In this document: one piece after another, positions 25,601 through 37,479 of the stretch
Layout: each line of letters begins with the position of its first letter
Numbering within the stretch: position 1 is the first letter of the stretch
NCBI GenBank assembly: GCA_905331295.1
Contig: CAJNYD010000039.1
Location: 124,001 to 188,000 of the forward strand
Length of the DNA: 64,000 bases
Reading direction: 5' to 3'
Origin: Rotaria socialis
Taxonomy: Eukaryota
The notes under the pieces: model-generated
What the model was told of the DNA's origin: nothing
Database searches by the model: none
Seen by the model: only the letters and a program-made list of their open reading frames with translations
Translations under genes and position numbers: made by a program

Positions 25601-28600
25601 ATCAAAAATTTCAAATATAAATTTGGAACAAGAAAAAAAGTCCTGTGCTTCCCAAACGCAACTAACATGGACAATGGCAACATTTTCTTCGTTTGTTGAT
25701 CTAGAAAATCAATCTATTGTTATTCCACAACCAGATCCAAATACAATTTACTCGATTGTAAAACATCAAAATGCATATATATCACCATCTGCATCACCAG
25801 AAACTATTCAACATATGAGAAGAATATCACCAGGAGTGAGTTATCCAGAAAATCTTTGTACGAATTATTTTTCCTTAGATAGATATCATATTTCCCGAAT
25901 GAAATAACACAATAATATTTATTATTTCATCTCAAATTTAGTGAAATAGTTTCTCTCGCTCGTTTTTAGTTACAACACCTTGATGATACAAATGCAGCAT
26001 CGTACTACCAACGTCCACGTAATCCGGCACCAACGAATATTCGAGTTGAAAAACGGGATGGTTCTTTTCAAACTCTTCTTACAATAGGTCCATCGGAAGA
26101 TATCGAATCAAGTAAAAAATTATTGATTCATGATGCTAGTTCATCACCAAATTCAACCGGTTCATTAGGTGGAACCAATGGTCAACTTCATCAGCATCAG
26201 CATCATCATCATCATCATCATCGCAGACATAAATCACGTAATAATTCGAGTCCTAATCATATCTCAACGCGTGATGTGGGTCTTCAAGTAAATATTCAAA
26301 CAGTGAAAAAAATAACATTTTCATCACAAAAAACTGATGATTCATCATTGGCAACGACAACATCAACACCTAAAACTACGAAAACGTCGCCTGTATTAAA
26401 ACATGTCGAAACAAATACTGAACCATTAATAACAAAACGTGATAAAAGTACATTTTATGAATCGAATATTCGTCTAGTAACATCATCGTCTCAAACATTC
26501 GATTCTCCTGCAGTATCAACCACGAATTGTCAAACGAAAGCTGCTCAAACAGTAAATAAAACATTACGTGATCAATCAATTGAAACAAATAATCGTGGTT
26601 TATTTGTATGTGATCTTAGTTCACTATTATCAAATGGTTTAGATGAATCATCATCATCATCGAATTCAGCATCATTAAATACAAAACAAAAATCATAATT
26701 GTACTCTTAGTTTCTCACTATTTTATCACAATATTCTTTTGCGTGTGTGTGCGTGCGTGCGCGAGCGAGCGAACGAGTGTATTTTCTTTCTTATTTTGTA
26801 TTTTTTTTTTCGTTTTTGTTTTTTCAATAGAAAGAGAGAGAGAGAGAGAGTTTATATAAATATAAATCTCATTTGCACAAGTAGAATGCAGCAGAACTTA
26901 CTTTTACTTCGAATATTATTTCAAATGATTGGCTGTTTAATATAAAAAGTAAATTATTAACAGATTTAGGTCTCATTCGCCATGATTGAAATGGCATATG
27001 GGCATGACGATCACTTAATAATGCATATGTACCGAAATCATAGGTTTTAAATGATATAAGTCGAGTGTCTAAATGGGAAAAAAAATACTTTCTTTTGTTT
27101 TACTTTTGTTTAATAACAAATAGGTGTGTTTACCAGGCGAATATTGATATTCGACATAGCCTTCTTGTCTCCAATGATTTCGGTCTGTAATCCATCGAGC
27201 AAGTAGTGGCTTTTCAGTAACAAATACATCATTTGGAATTCTAAATAGAAAGTTTCTTTTTCTCGAAATCTTTGTTGGATAGGCTTTGAAGAAAAGATGA
27301 GGAGTTATCCAAGTGGAATACAAGTTTTTCTTTTATTCGATACACATTAATTTGATGATTAGAAGGATATTCGAATCGAATATTTCTTGTGTAAGAGAGC
27401 AGATTGCATTGACAGAGCGAAAGAATGAATAATTGATAAGGGAACCATCTCAAGTGGATACTCCAGATTCGTTTGATCTCATTTATCCGTAAGTAATTTA
27501 CAAAAGATTATAAATGTGCTTATTAACATTCCAATGAAATGAGGCCTATGAAATCAATTACGGTAAGTGGAAAGTGAATCTTAATACTTTGAAAAGGATC
27601 ATATTAAACATTGAATTAATTTCACAGTGTTATTGTTATTATTCTTAAAGAAAGTGAGCCATACTTATATTTGAGTACAAGTGCTGATTCTTGTTTAACT
27701 GCAGCATCTAAGAACATTTTTCGTATTTCAGGATTATTTTCGATCATCGTTGCGTCAAGTGTCATCGATGGATCCATTGTTTCTTCAGTCTAAAAAAAAT
27801 AGTTTCAAGATGAGATTAGAATTTTCTTCTAAACAAACAGCAGTCTTATTTTTTTTAAGTACTTTTTCTTCTGTTTTGCTTTTCCCTGGTTCATTTTCCA
27901 TAGATTTTTGTTTATTACCGGATGAATATTCTTCGTAAAATCGCTCAGCAATCATCGGATCAGATGGATATGGATAAGAAATAAGAATATCGTCATTATC
28001 AACTATAAACCAATCAAAATCAAAAGCCATAGCAACAAGTACTCTTACAAACCTTCGACTATTGTCCATTCTTGTACCTTTTTCGGCTGTGGTGGGATAT
28101 TATAGAGATTGATTTGAAGTAATGGTAATATTGGCCAATGAGAACGAAGGTCAACAACCGATTCATCAGCTAATTCTTCTAAGATTTGATCAGCAGTTGC
28201 TAGAAAGATATCATCTTTAAATGTATATGCATTCATGTTCAACACTTTTACGTCCAAATCAAGGGGTTATTAATCTTAAGCTTTTTTTTCAAGGATTAGC
28301 CCACACCTCTAATCTCTTAATTAACATAACTGTTCTTTATCTTTGACTTATAGATTACAAAACAAAAAACGTTTCATACAATGAAATTTATAATAAGGAT
28401 GTTTTTTTATTTTGTTGTTTTTAAAAACAACCAGATTTCTATGAATTAATTTATTTTTAATGAGAAATAAAAATTGCTAGTCATATCCATTATTGTATAT
28501 CGTTTTGACATGTTTTGTTTCAAAGTAAACAATATAATCTGTAAGAGAATGTGACGGTTAATTAACGATAAAAGTTTATCAAGAGAGTTCAATAAATCCA

Positions 28601-31600
28601 AGATGATATCTAGATAAACTAGCCGATGAATATCATTAGTTGTTGACATGCAATCAACACTCAGAGGACATAATAATTATCTGTCAAATGATCCTATTCA
28701 TGATATTCTTTTTTTGATCTAGACAAGCGATATAAATGACATTTGTTATGCTTATCACATATCGATTTTTTAAATGTAAAGAGCGAATTCATTACAATGA
28801 AAGTGACGCAATCAGAAAAGGGATGAAAAAAGAGAGCTTAGATTGTATTCAAAATGTATAGTGGCTCTTATAGTGGGATGATCAGGAGAATCTTTACTCT
28901 CACTAGAGACATAATGAATAGCTTGAGTATATCACAACCAATTGTCTTTCTTATGTCATACAAATCGATAAATAATGAGTATGAACGACTAGTTGCTGCA
29001 TTTTTTAGGTATATTTGTAATCGAAATTTTTATTGTCTGAATAATTGAGTTTTGAATTCATTTTTTTTTTAAATAATTTTATACTATTGATGCAGACCGA
29101 GAGATTCGATGCTTTTTTGTTTTCACATAGAATCAAATCAGAAGATCTGAATTCAAATTCGATTTTTCTTTTATCCTTGAAGAAGATTACAATTTTGATT
29201 GAAAAGAAAACGACCATAAAATATAGTATCTACGCAACTATTAGCTAACAAAACGATCTTTGCTTTTCTTACTGAGAGTATTCATAATTGATTAAATTCT
29301 ACCAGACAGACACACAATCCCAACTTAAACATAATTAATCAGTTGAAAGATGTCCCTTGTTTATTTTTCTTTGATTTATTATAAAAGAAAACCGACAGTA
29401 AGTAGGATTTTTTTTTTGAAATTTTTCTAGTTAGACTGACTATTCTCAAAAGCTAAATATAGTGATGTTGAATAATATTCATTTCTATCCTACCATTTAA
29501 TAGTTTCTCATCCTTTGATTTTTGTCTTTCGAGTGATGTTTGAGTTAAATTTTTTCCATCGTGCGCTTCATCAGAAACTACTTGTGTAGCAGATCGATCC
29601 GTCATTGTATTCTCTCTATTAGCTTCCGCTTCAGCTGCTGCTGCGGCTGCTGCAGCTTCATCTTCACGCTGTTTTGTTTCTTCCATTAGTTTTCTTAATT
29701 CAGGTGGTAACGAAGCATCAAACAGATCTTTCTCTGGATCATTACTTTCAGCTGGTTTCTTTTCTGATTCATCAATGTATGGTTCAGGTATTGGATCTAA
29801 TTCAAAGAGAATAAAAGTTTTGGAAGCAGAAAATTTGAAAATAATAAATACCATAGCTATATTGATTTATTTTTACACGGCATTTTGCAAGTAGTGAACG
29901 TTCTGAGTAATAATCATATTTTAGAAAAAATCCAATTATAGCTATATTAGCTAATGATAATGGTTTTGGTAGATCAAAACCAAAAGAATATTTATCAAAT
30001 TGATAACCTTTGATTCTAAGTAAAAACAATAGTCGAGAATAAATTATTTAATTTCAAAACCAAATAAATATCTAACCTTGGATTATGACTAAGATTACCC
30101 CAAATACAAACCGTAGTATTGTCATTTTCAGCTGTATATTGTAAATTATTGGTTTCTAAATCTTGTAGGTCACTTGCTTTAAGCATTGTAGCATGAACTG
30201 CATGACGCCATTTTAAGTGTAATGTATCTTCAAGTTCTTCAATTGTCTAAAGAAAAAGAAAATTAGACTAATTATGGCACATGTCTTTTTGTTTTCAGTC
30301 AGAACCTTTTTATAAGTTGATACATGTTCAAGTTCAGGCGAACCATTCGGAATTGAATTCATCACATAATTTAATTCTCTAATAAGAGATAGAACAAGAT
30401 TCGTTTGTTTCATTGTGTATTCAACATCAATTCGTTTTTTTTCATCACGCCATAATGATATAAATGTATTGATTTCAGGTAATATTGTTGGATCAGGTGT
30501 ACCATCACATTGCATAACACGTTTCCACTTTAAAAATAGAAAACAAAGAAATAAAAACTTGAGCTTTATTTTTTGTAAAAAATTATTTTACTTTGAAGTC
30601 TTCTCGTTGTCTTTCTAGTATTGTGATTACGTCTTGTTGTCGCGGCAGAATAAATTCGTAGAATTCGCTTAGTTCTCGACGTCGTAATTCATTGATCTAA
30701 ATTATGTAAAGATAATAAAAATTGAAAAATACTACAACGTGGTAGTACAGACTTCTTTTGCTACATTTGTTTTTTCTTCAGCAAGTCGTTTTTCATTTTC
30801 AAGACGTTCTTTTTCAGCAACTTCAGCACGTTGTTGAGCTTCTTCTACAAAACGGTAATATAATGTGAAAATAAAAGTGGCAGCGTGGCCGAGTGGTCTA
30901 AGGCGCTGGTTTTAGGCACCAGTCGTAAAAGGCGTGGGTTCGAATCCCACCGCTGTCAGTACAATAAAAGCAAGATGGCTTGCTTCTTTTTTCCTTTCCT
31001 GTCACTGTCCGTTTCATATAAGATTCTTACAGACGTAGAAGCTTTTTAATGCGTCCATTGTTCTTGAGTACAGATTTTTGCGTATTATTTGTTACAAACA
31101 TACAAGAAATTTCGAAATACAAGGAAAGGAGGACTGACGTTGAATCATTCGTTGGCTACGAGCAAGATTTATGTTTCTACTATTTATTCATAACTACTGT
31201 TTCTTTTTGTCTATATTAAAGTTCAATTGTTTTGAAAAACGAGATGAACACTCATTAAAAGTTTCGAATGTAACTAATTACATCTAAAAATCGATACTCG
31301 TCACAAGTGAAATATGTTACTTCGATTGATTGCTCAATGTATGTGATTTTACTAATTGAAGTTTAAATATATTTCTAGAAAGAATTTGACGATTTTTCTA
31401 AATTTGATATCATTTTTATTATCTCTGTAATAAATATGGAATGTCAATTATCATTTTCACCAGACCGAAAACTTATTTGATGCGTTTATGTCGGAGAAAG
31501 TTCTCACTTCTTTGTTCCGGGAAGGCTTTATGTCTGTCGGTTGAAGTGAAAATGATGTGTGAACGCTGCCAGTGGCATATTGAGGTCGTTCTAGACAAAG

Positions 31601-34148
31601 CAATCAATTGTTGATTCATTGTTACAGAGATGTTGAGTTTTTCTTCGGCGGAAGAGTATTGTAATAATAATTACATCGATATTTTATTGAAGAAAGTAGT
31701 ACCCATGTAATAAAAACCGCAATGAAAATCGACGGTTAACCGCGGGTTTACCGGTCCGGTTACCGGCTTCCATTACCGCAGGAAGGATAAATACCGCGGT
31801 AAATCGCCAGCTTTAATTAATACCGCGGTTACCGCTAAAAAAAACGGTTAACCGGTTCGTCTATAATTTTTAACAGAAAAAGTCTTCCAAATCATCAATA
31901 AAGCTATTTCAAAGATTCTTTTTTTTTCTTTTGCATGTGATAAACATGCGCTAAAAACCACCGGTTTTATCGGTCCGGTTACCGGCTCCCATTACCGCAG
32001 GAAGGATAAATACCACGGCTTACCGCAAGAAATGACCGGGTATTTGCAGCATGGGTAGAACGGTACGTCTGATATTATTAATTATTTCTTTAATAGAAAT
32101 GATTATCTTGTGATAAAATTCTCTACGTCAGATAGTTGATGTACAACTAGAGGTGCCAGCCAAAGGGTTGAACGGCGGCGACGGGCAACAATTTTCAATT
32201 TTTGAAGATTTCCAGCGGCTTGTTATTTGAACGAGTAATGTCTTCAGCGGCGGCTGCTACAAATTCTTAAAAATTTTTTTCACAGCGGCGGCGTCAGCTG
32301 ATATTTGCAAGTCCTTATGTGACGGCGGCTGCTCAGTTAAAAATTCACTGATGAAAATTAAAAGAAAAATGTTCGATTCGATCGCATATGTATTGATGTC
32401 AGCGGCGGCGAATAACGCTATCAAAAATTTTTATCTCTTGCAGCGGCGGCTCCCCCGAAATTCTTAAAATGGCCAGTAGTTTGGTGGCTGCTGCGGCGGC
32501 TCAGCCGTATGGCTGACACCTCTATGTACAACCTACTGAGCAGAGGAAATTTCAACTAATGTAGAAACTTAAAAGTTGGAATCGGATTTAAATAACGTAA
32601 AGTTAACCATTAGGTGAACTAGTTCAATTCCTAGATACAAGTTATTTTCTTCGATGAAATCATCAGATCTTAGGTACTTTGTTAACAGTCGACTTTTCAC
32701 TAGATAGATTTATAACCAGATAAAATTCTTAGCATTATTCTATTAAATTTTCTCGCGATATTTCATCAGCAAGTATCACAAGAATATACTTTCTTATTAG
32801 AAAAACGTTTTTTTTTCTATAATACCCAGGAGATTCAATGCGACCAATGAATCCAATCGTTTCCGGCATCGGATCCTACGGATTCCGTTGCTTTTCCGTC
32901 GGCTCCGTTGAATTCCGACGATTTCCTAACTAACGGATCCTGGTCCGGTTTCGCCGGAAAAATTCCGTTAAGTTCCGCAAAATTTCGACCCGGAATTCAA
33001 CGGAACCAATCGGTTCCGACAGATTCCGACGTACCCTGATTCTCCTGGGTAGTAACAATATTTAACACAAAACAATGGAACTCTCATGTCCTACATTTTA
33101 CTATGCTCTGTCAAACACGAGAAAAAGTCGGTGTCTAGAATGAAGCTACTTTACCGACGTAGAGATGCGCTCGTCAAAGTTCGCGTATAAAAAAAAATGC
33201 AAGATGAAGGGAATTTCAGGTGGAATGAAAATGAGAATCAAATAGATATCAATGGATTGATGTAGGAGTAGATCCTAAGCTATCACACAAATTATTTGTT
33301 ACACAGTTAACTTTTAAATGCGTTTCAATTAAGAGTGACTGCACGCTGAATAATTCATTGGATAAGTCTTTCGACAACTACAACGCATGTGAGAGTGCCA
33401 TTTTCTATTGAATGTACTGAAATTCAGAAAAGTTCACATTATTAGTAGGAACCTATTGAGACAGCTATATTTCTTTTAACGATATTACGAAAATACTGTA
33501 AGGAAACTTATAGGAATCTCAGGTAGATGCAGGTTTATAGGAGAGGTGTTTCTTACAAGGTAATATTTCAATAAGGTTACTAAGGCTGACAATTGAACAC
33601 TAACTATAGTTTTATGATGAATCTCAACTGAGTACTACGTCAATTCGGAAAAGTGTACAGTGCGTGTAAAGCGGAAATTACTTTTACAGTCTCCATATAT
33701 CTTAATAAAACAACGAGATTTTGTTCGTTTAAAGAGAGAAATCAATGTAGAAAAACGTTTTCTCTACGTCAATTTTCTCAAACCATCTAAAAATAAGACA
33801 AGATGATCATTACCTTCTTCTTTTCGTTTTCGTTCTTCGTCTTCTTTCTTCTTTTTAGTTTTTGCACTTTTGTTACTTGGTGTCGCTGATTTCTAAAGAA
33901 AAAAATTTATCAAATTATTTAAAAAAATCTCAGTCATAAAAAAATAGCAGCAAAACAGTAAGTAATAATCTTTTCTTGCATACATTAGTTTTTTCTTTTC
34001 CCTTCAATGTTTTTGTAGAATATGTTTTATTTAATTTTGTTTTCTTCGATACTATTCGATTTGTCGATGTGACATCAGATGGATTAATACTCGTGGGAAT
34101 TTTCAATGGTTGATTTTTAATCCTACTCGTTATTTTCGATCGTAACAT
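6945..34148 (-). CDS. DNAI7: Dynein axonemal intermediate chain 7 (CASC1) homolog, 18 exons, ~897 aa
   Basis: Exons 34148-33984, 33892-33814, 30844-30753, 30696-30592, 30527-30306, 30246-30077, 30015-29852, 29796-29494, 28199-28053, 28002-27863, 27789-27665, 27240-27134, 27068-26902, 7905-7660, 7580-7509, 7448-7296, 7241-7143 and 7082-6945 are all GT-AG and phase-consistent (2694 nt). CASC1 motifs present: WKRVMQCDGTPDP..EINTFISLWRDE, CIWGNLSHNPR, PLLARW..HWRQEG, HMPFQSWRMRP, GLNVFP, YNQMA..FSYSHWN, and C-terminal FIETVNQLLSSIKPLTYA*. Confidence 0.92.
11054..12223 (+). CDS. Hypothetical 389-aa protein (nested gene A) with a compact ~45-aa N-terminal region and a low-complexity Q/H/N/S/T tail; antisense within DNAI7 intron 13
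   Basis: Uninterrupted 1170-nt ATG ORF in very AT-rich DNA. Its trinucleotide repeats stay in frame. A possible 5' UTR splice acceptor (ttctag) lies at ~10982. Confidence 0.8.
   Translation: MDVLELPRPVINFLRTMAKESCRYALSWDIFGGPDSVTLTLTWKLIDDEAQSSIINETLSPSSLKQQQQNHDNPNTCPRSAVKENTRSSSPRRSRCDENTSANENISVPAIFRSSRGKSLEGSHIQPTKPMVSHHQHIKEHQNVSSLERQTVINHHHQQQQHHHHQQQQQQHPSKKEQQKQISTQSDQIYGNLNDPRSTSVVKCATISSLSSSSSSPQSNNNTNSNNTNNNPPLSVAYTHHQRTKQPQQQSITPPTVRKPINSLVNTSRIPTIPPTNTVTTSNTSSNYTKLRRNENQTIHDNMIPTSTTTTTTTHNNNNNNNNINNNDDDDGGTDPWVKRFECSFEDNDDDESTEHSEDKEALSTTTDNVEECGNTSGKVKFKTKPDYF
16774..26698 (+). CDS. Hypothetical ~717-aa largely disordered protein (nested gene B); antisense within DNAI7 intron 13
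   Basis: Exons 16774-17103 (donor gtgagt), 20756-20821 (KRSRTKSENDVSKRASLDHDEK, donor gtatg), 24807-25835 (343 open codons, donor gtgagt) and 25970-26698 are all phase 0 with AG acceptors. The last two exons are well supported; linkage of the first two is inferred. Confidence 0.7.
22873..22922. repeat. Short tandem repeat, ~3 x 18 bp (ctgcaaaaatagtaatg.)
   Basis: Read directly from the sequence. Confidence 0.8.
30879..30958 (+). tRNA. tRNA-Leu (anticodon TAG)
   Basis: Acceptor stem GGCAGCG/CGCTGTC+A, D-arm TGGCCGAGTGGTCTAAGGC, anticodon arm CTGGT-TTTAGGC-ACCAG, long variable arm, T-loop GGTTCGAATCC, and a downstream T-run terminator at ~30987. Confidence 0.96.
31702..32055. mobile_element. 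MITE with CCC..GGG termini and TA flanks (CMC/EnSpm-like)
   Basis: TA|CCCATG...CATGGG|TA. Contains an internal duplicated ~50-bp block (ggtccggttaccggct..cattaccgcaggaaggataaatacc) and many ACCG/CGGT motifs. Confidence 0.7.
32148..32524. mobile_element. hAT-type MITE
   Basis: TIR TAGAGGTGCCAGCCA / TGGCTGACACCTCTA (14/15). Perfect 8-bp TSD TGTACAAC at 32140-32147 and 32525-32532. Repeated internal GCGGCGGC motifs. Confidence 0.92.
32825..33049. mobile_element. MITE with CCCAGGAGA termini and TA flanks (CMC/EnSpm-like)
   Basis: TA|CCCAGGAGATTCA...TGATTCTCCTGGG|TA (12/13 TIR) with internal iterated TTCCG/CGGAA motifs. Confidence 0.8.
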
Positions 34149-34695
34149 CTAAGTTACTTGTTTTTTATTTTTTCTAGATGTGTCTCTACTAGAATGTTTT
34201 GTTTGTGCATTTTTATTCAATATCGAACATATTTGAAGAGTTTCTAGTAGCTTCTATTTATAGAAAGAAAAGCCAATATTTCGTGTGGATAAAAATGAAA
34301 CCAGAGTTTCGTTAAATATTAACTGAGCATCTACAAATCTTAACTTACCAACGCACTCGACATTGATGAATTATTTTAAATTAAAAATGAAAATTTACAC
34401 GTGTGAATATTTTCATTATGTAGTGTGTTGTCATATCAACAACATTTTTACTAGTGACCTCTATGTATTTCGATTGGTAACTAAAATAAATCGATTTTTT
34501 TCTATGATGACTCATTGTTTGATCCTAGTATTATTGTTAAGGTATCATATGTGAAATAGTATACATAGACATATTCAATGCGCTGTAGATAACAACAAAT
34601 AAATTAAATTTCTTATTTTATCAAAGCTGGCATCGATTATTTAAACACTAAGAACAATAACAAATAGAATTCATTGATTGAAACAAGATAAAACG

Positions 34696-37239
34696 ATGGG
34701 CAATATGTTTGGTTCAATATTTGGCAAGAAGCACTATCGGATATTAATGCTCGGTTTAGGTAGAATTTCAATAAAAATCAGTAAAATACCATTTCAAAGA
34801 TATTCTTTTGAATTATTAATTAGATAATGCTGGAAAAACATCAATTCTTTATCGTCTTCGCCTTAAAGAATCTATTACAACAATACCAACTGTTGGATTT
34901 AATGTGGAAGCAGTCGCATTAGGACATGTGAAATTCAATGTGTGGGATGTTGGTGGCCAAGTAAGACAATAAGAATTTGTTTTGAAAAGTTTATCGTTAT
35001 AGAGCAATATTTAGTTTAAGTTTGCGTTGACTAGAAAGTGGGTACATGCCTTCCACTTGCATGGCGTACTGTGATTGTACGAGCAGGTATTCGTTAATGC
35101 GCTCTATGATTAATATGCTATAAATAGATATCAATCTATATTAAAATATGTTATGATTCAGAAAAACATCATCAGAACTGGGCAAAATACGCGTACTTGA
35201 GTACGATTTTGCTCGTACTCAAAGGATGTAGTACTCGTGCTTGGATTTTTTTAAAAATTTTAGTGAACGCATTCTTTATATAAGAAAGAAAGAAAGAATA
35301 TCTAATTTGGTTTCTTCAAGAAAGAAGAGCACAACTGATATTTTCTTTGCGGATCGCAAGTTGCTGTTGACGCAAATATGCTGATAAGTGTTTGTACGAT
35401 ATAAAATCGTATGGTCGTCACCATATTTCAGTCTTCCTATCCTCTTTTCTTAATGATTTTATTTACTATCCATTAATAACGCTGTTCATACGATTTTACT
35501 TTTTATCAAAAAGCATTTCTATTCTTGTTTATATCAACTTAGTTTAAAATACTTGTCAGTGCCAGCGACATCGGCTCCCATTGAACGAATATTTTCTCAA
35601 CGAGGTTTTCTTATGCGCCCTCGTCGCACATCATTAACTGCAAACGATGATTGTTTACTCACTTTTCTTAAATGTAATAAGTTTTTGTTATGATTTAATG
35701 GCTTTGAACACGATAATAAAATATAATACTAGTAATGATTTGATATTTTGCTCTTATAATAAAGGGTGATCCAAAAGTCTTAGAATTTCATATAAACATT
35801 TTATTTTCTCCCTTTTCTGCAAATCAAAAAATTCTCAAACTTGGATACATAATAGCTTGCAACTAGGTGAATATTATCCTAAATTATCACATTTCTAGTT
35901 TTCACTTACAAAGAAGATGTATACACTCAAATAACAGAGCGGATCTTTTTTCCTATGACGTGGTAAACTTTTTATTGATAAAAACATCTAGAATAATTAA
36001 TTTTTATCATAAGTACAACAATAAATTATGTTTTTATACGTTGCCATAGTCTTTTTTGTTGATTGAGCAGCCGTTTTTCTTAATCAAAGCTTGTAGCCGT
36101 GTGAATATTGAGTTGATCCATTTGGAACACATTGGCGGAGTGATTGTATTCCAGATTGTTACAATTCTTCTTTTGATAACGATACATTTTCAAATTCTTC
36201 TAATTTCTCTTCAATATAAGCTCATATGTTTTCAATGGGCCATATATCAGACATTTTGCTAGTTTGTTCTACAGGTGTAATACATTCGTGAAAATCTAAC
36301 TGATTTTTCAAAGTAATTCTATTTATCATCATTCTCCCAATTTTATTTTATATTAACCAATTCGTTTTCTTTGTTTTGCTTAATGTAGATCGAAACTATT
36401 CAAACTTTACCACGTCATAGGAAAAAAGATCCGCTCTGTTATTTGAGTGTATACATCTTCTTTGTAAGTGAGAACTAGAAATGTGATAATTTAGGATAAT
36501 ATTCACCTAGTTGCAAGCTATTATATATCCAAGTTTGAGAATTTTTTGATTTGCAGAAAAGGGAGAAAATAAAATTTTTATATGAATTACGAAGACTTTT
36601 GGATCACCCTTTATTTTATTTTGACATGTATATACAGTACGTTGTAAAACATTCAGTCTATTTTTCGTAGAAACTAATTTGAAAAATTCTAGTCGTACCG
36701 ATACCATGGTATGGATGCTCGTACTCGAGAAAGTCTGCACTTGCCCAGCTCTGATATATATATACTCGAAGATGAAAATATCAGACGATTTATTGAGTTG
36801 AAATATTTTATACTAAAATGACAAGTTATTCAATATTATTCGACAGCTTATTTAAACGAAAACCTTGAATCTATCATTCTTTTAATAAAAAGCTTCATTT
36901 TATTCTTTTTTTTTCTAGGATAAAATTCGTCCATTATGGCGACATTATTTCACTGGATCTCAAGGCCTTATATTTGTTGTTGATTCATGTGATCGTGAAC
37001 GTATGGAAGAAGCGAGTCGTGAATTAGAAAAAATAATAAATGATCGTGAAATGCGCAATATTGTTCTTCTTGTATTTTGTAATAAGCAAGATATATCAGG
37101 ATGTATGGAACCAGCTGATATACGACAAGCATTGCATTTAGATAAATTAAATCGTCCATATGCCATAATGCCATGTTCAGCTTTACATGGTACTGGTTTA
37201 TCTGAAGGTCTCAAATGGCTATCTGAACATTGTAAATAA
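34696..37239 (+). CDS. ARF6: ADP-ribosylation factor, ARF6-like small GTPase (173 aa)
   Basis: Exons 34696-34759, 34824-34960 and 36919-37239: [31 protein letters not shown]...[11 protein letters not shown]...[38 protein letters not shown]...IINDREMR...NKQD...CSA..G.GL.EGLKWLS. Has a Gly2 myristoylation site, G1/G3/G4 motifs, a short N-terminus and the DREMR segment typical of class III Arf. Confidence 0.88.
35173..36753 (+). mobile_element. Deleted hAT transposon in ARF intron 2
   Basis: TIR CAGAACTGGGCAA / TTGCCCAGCTCTG (12/13) and subterminal GTACTC/GAGTAC repeats. A hAT C-terminal dimerization remnant lies at 35547-35693 ([30 protein letters not shown]...TFLKCN). No clear TSD. Confidence 0.8.
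35762..36611 (-). mobile_element. Deleted Tc1/mariner element with ~206-bp TIRs, nested in the hAT remnant
   Basis: TA|AAGGGTGATCCAAAAGTC...GACTTTTGGATCACCCTT|TA, with arms at 35762-35967 and 36406-36611. The interior on the minus strand encodes a decayed transposase C-terminus ([48 protein letters not shown]). Confidence 0.88.
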
Positions 37240-37479
37240 ACATAATCCTAGAATTCTGTATTTGTGTGCAGTGATGATGATCTGGCGGCATTTTTTTCTC
37301 TTGTTGTTTGTCCTTTTCTTTTTTATACGTATCTATTAAATTCATTCGTTGTTAATGTGTGTATGTGTGCAGGATAAAATTTTTTTTTTTGGTAACGAAG
37401 AAATGAAAAAATAAGAACAAAGAAAAAACACTCAAGCTATATAAATATATATATATACTAAATGATTTCTTTAGAAATA

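Noticed and set aside
31702..33049. Repeated GC-rich motifs suggestive of a CRISPR-like array
   Set aside because: Spacing is irregular, the motifs are bounded by TIRs and TSDs, the context is eukaryotic, and no cas genes are present. They are MITE internal repeats.
34200..34690. RFX X-box search in the DNAI7 promoter
   Set aside because: Only a half-site (GGTAAC at ~34476) was seen, which is insufficient.
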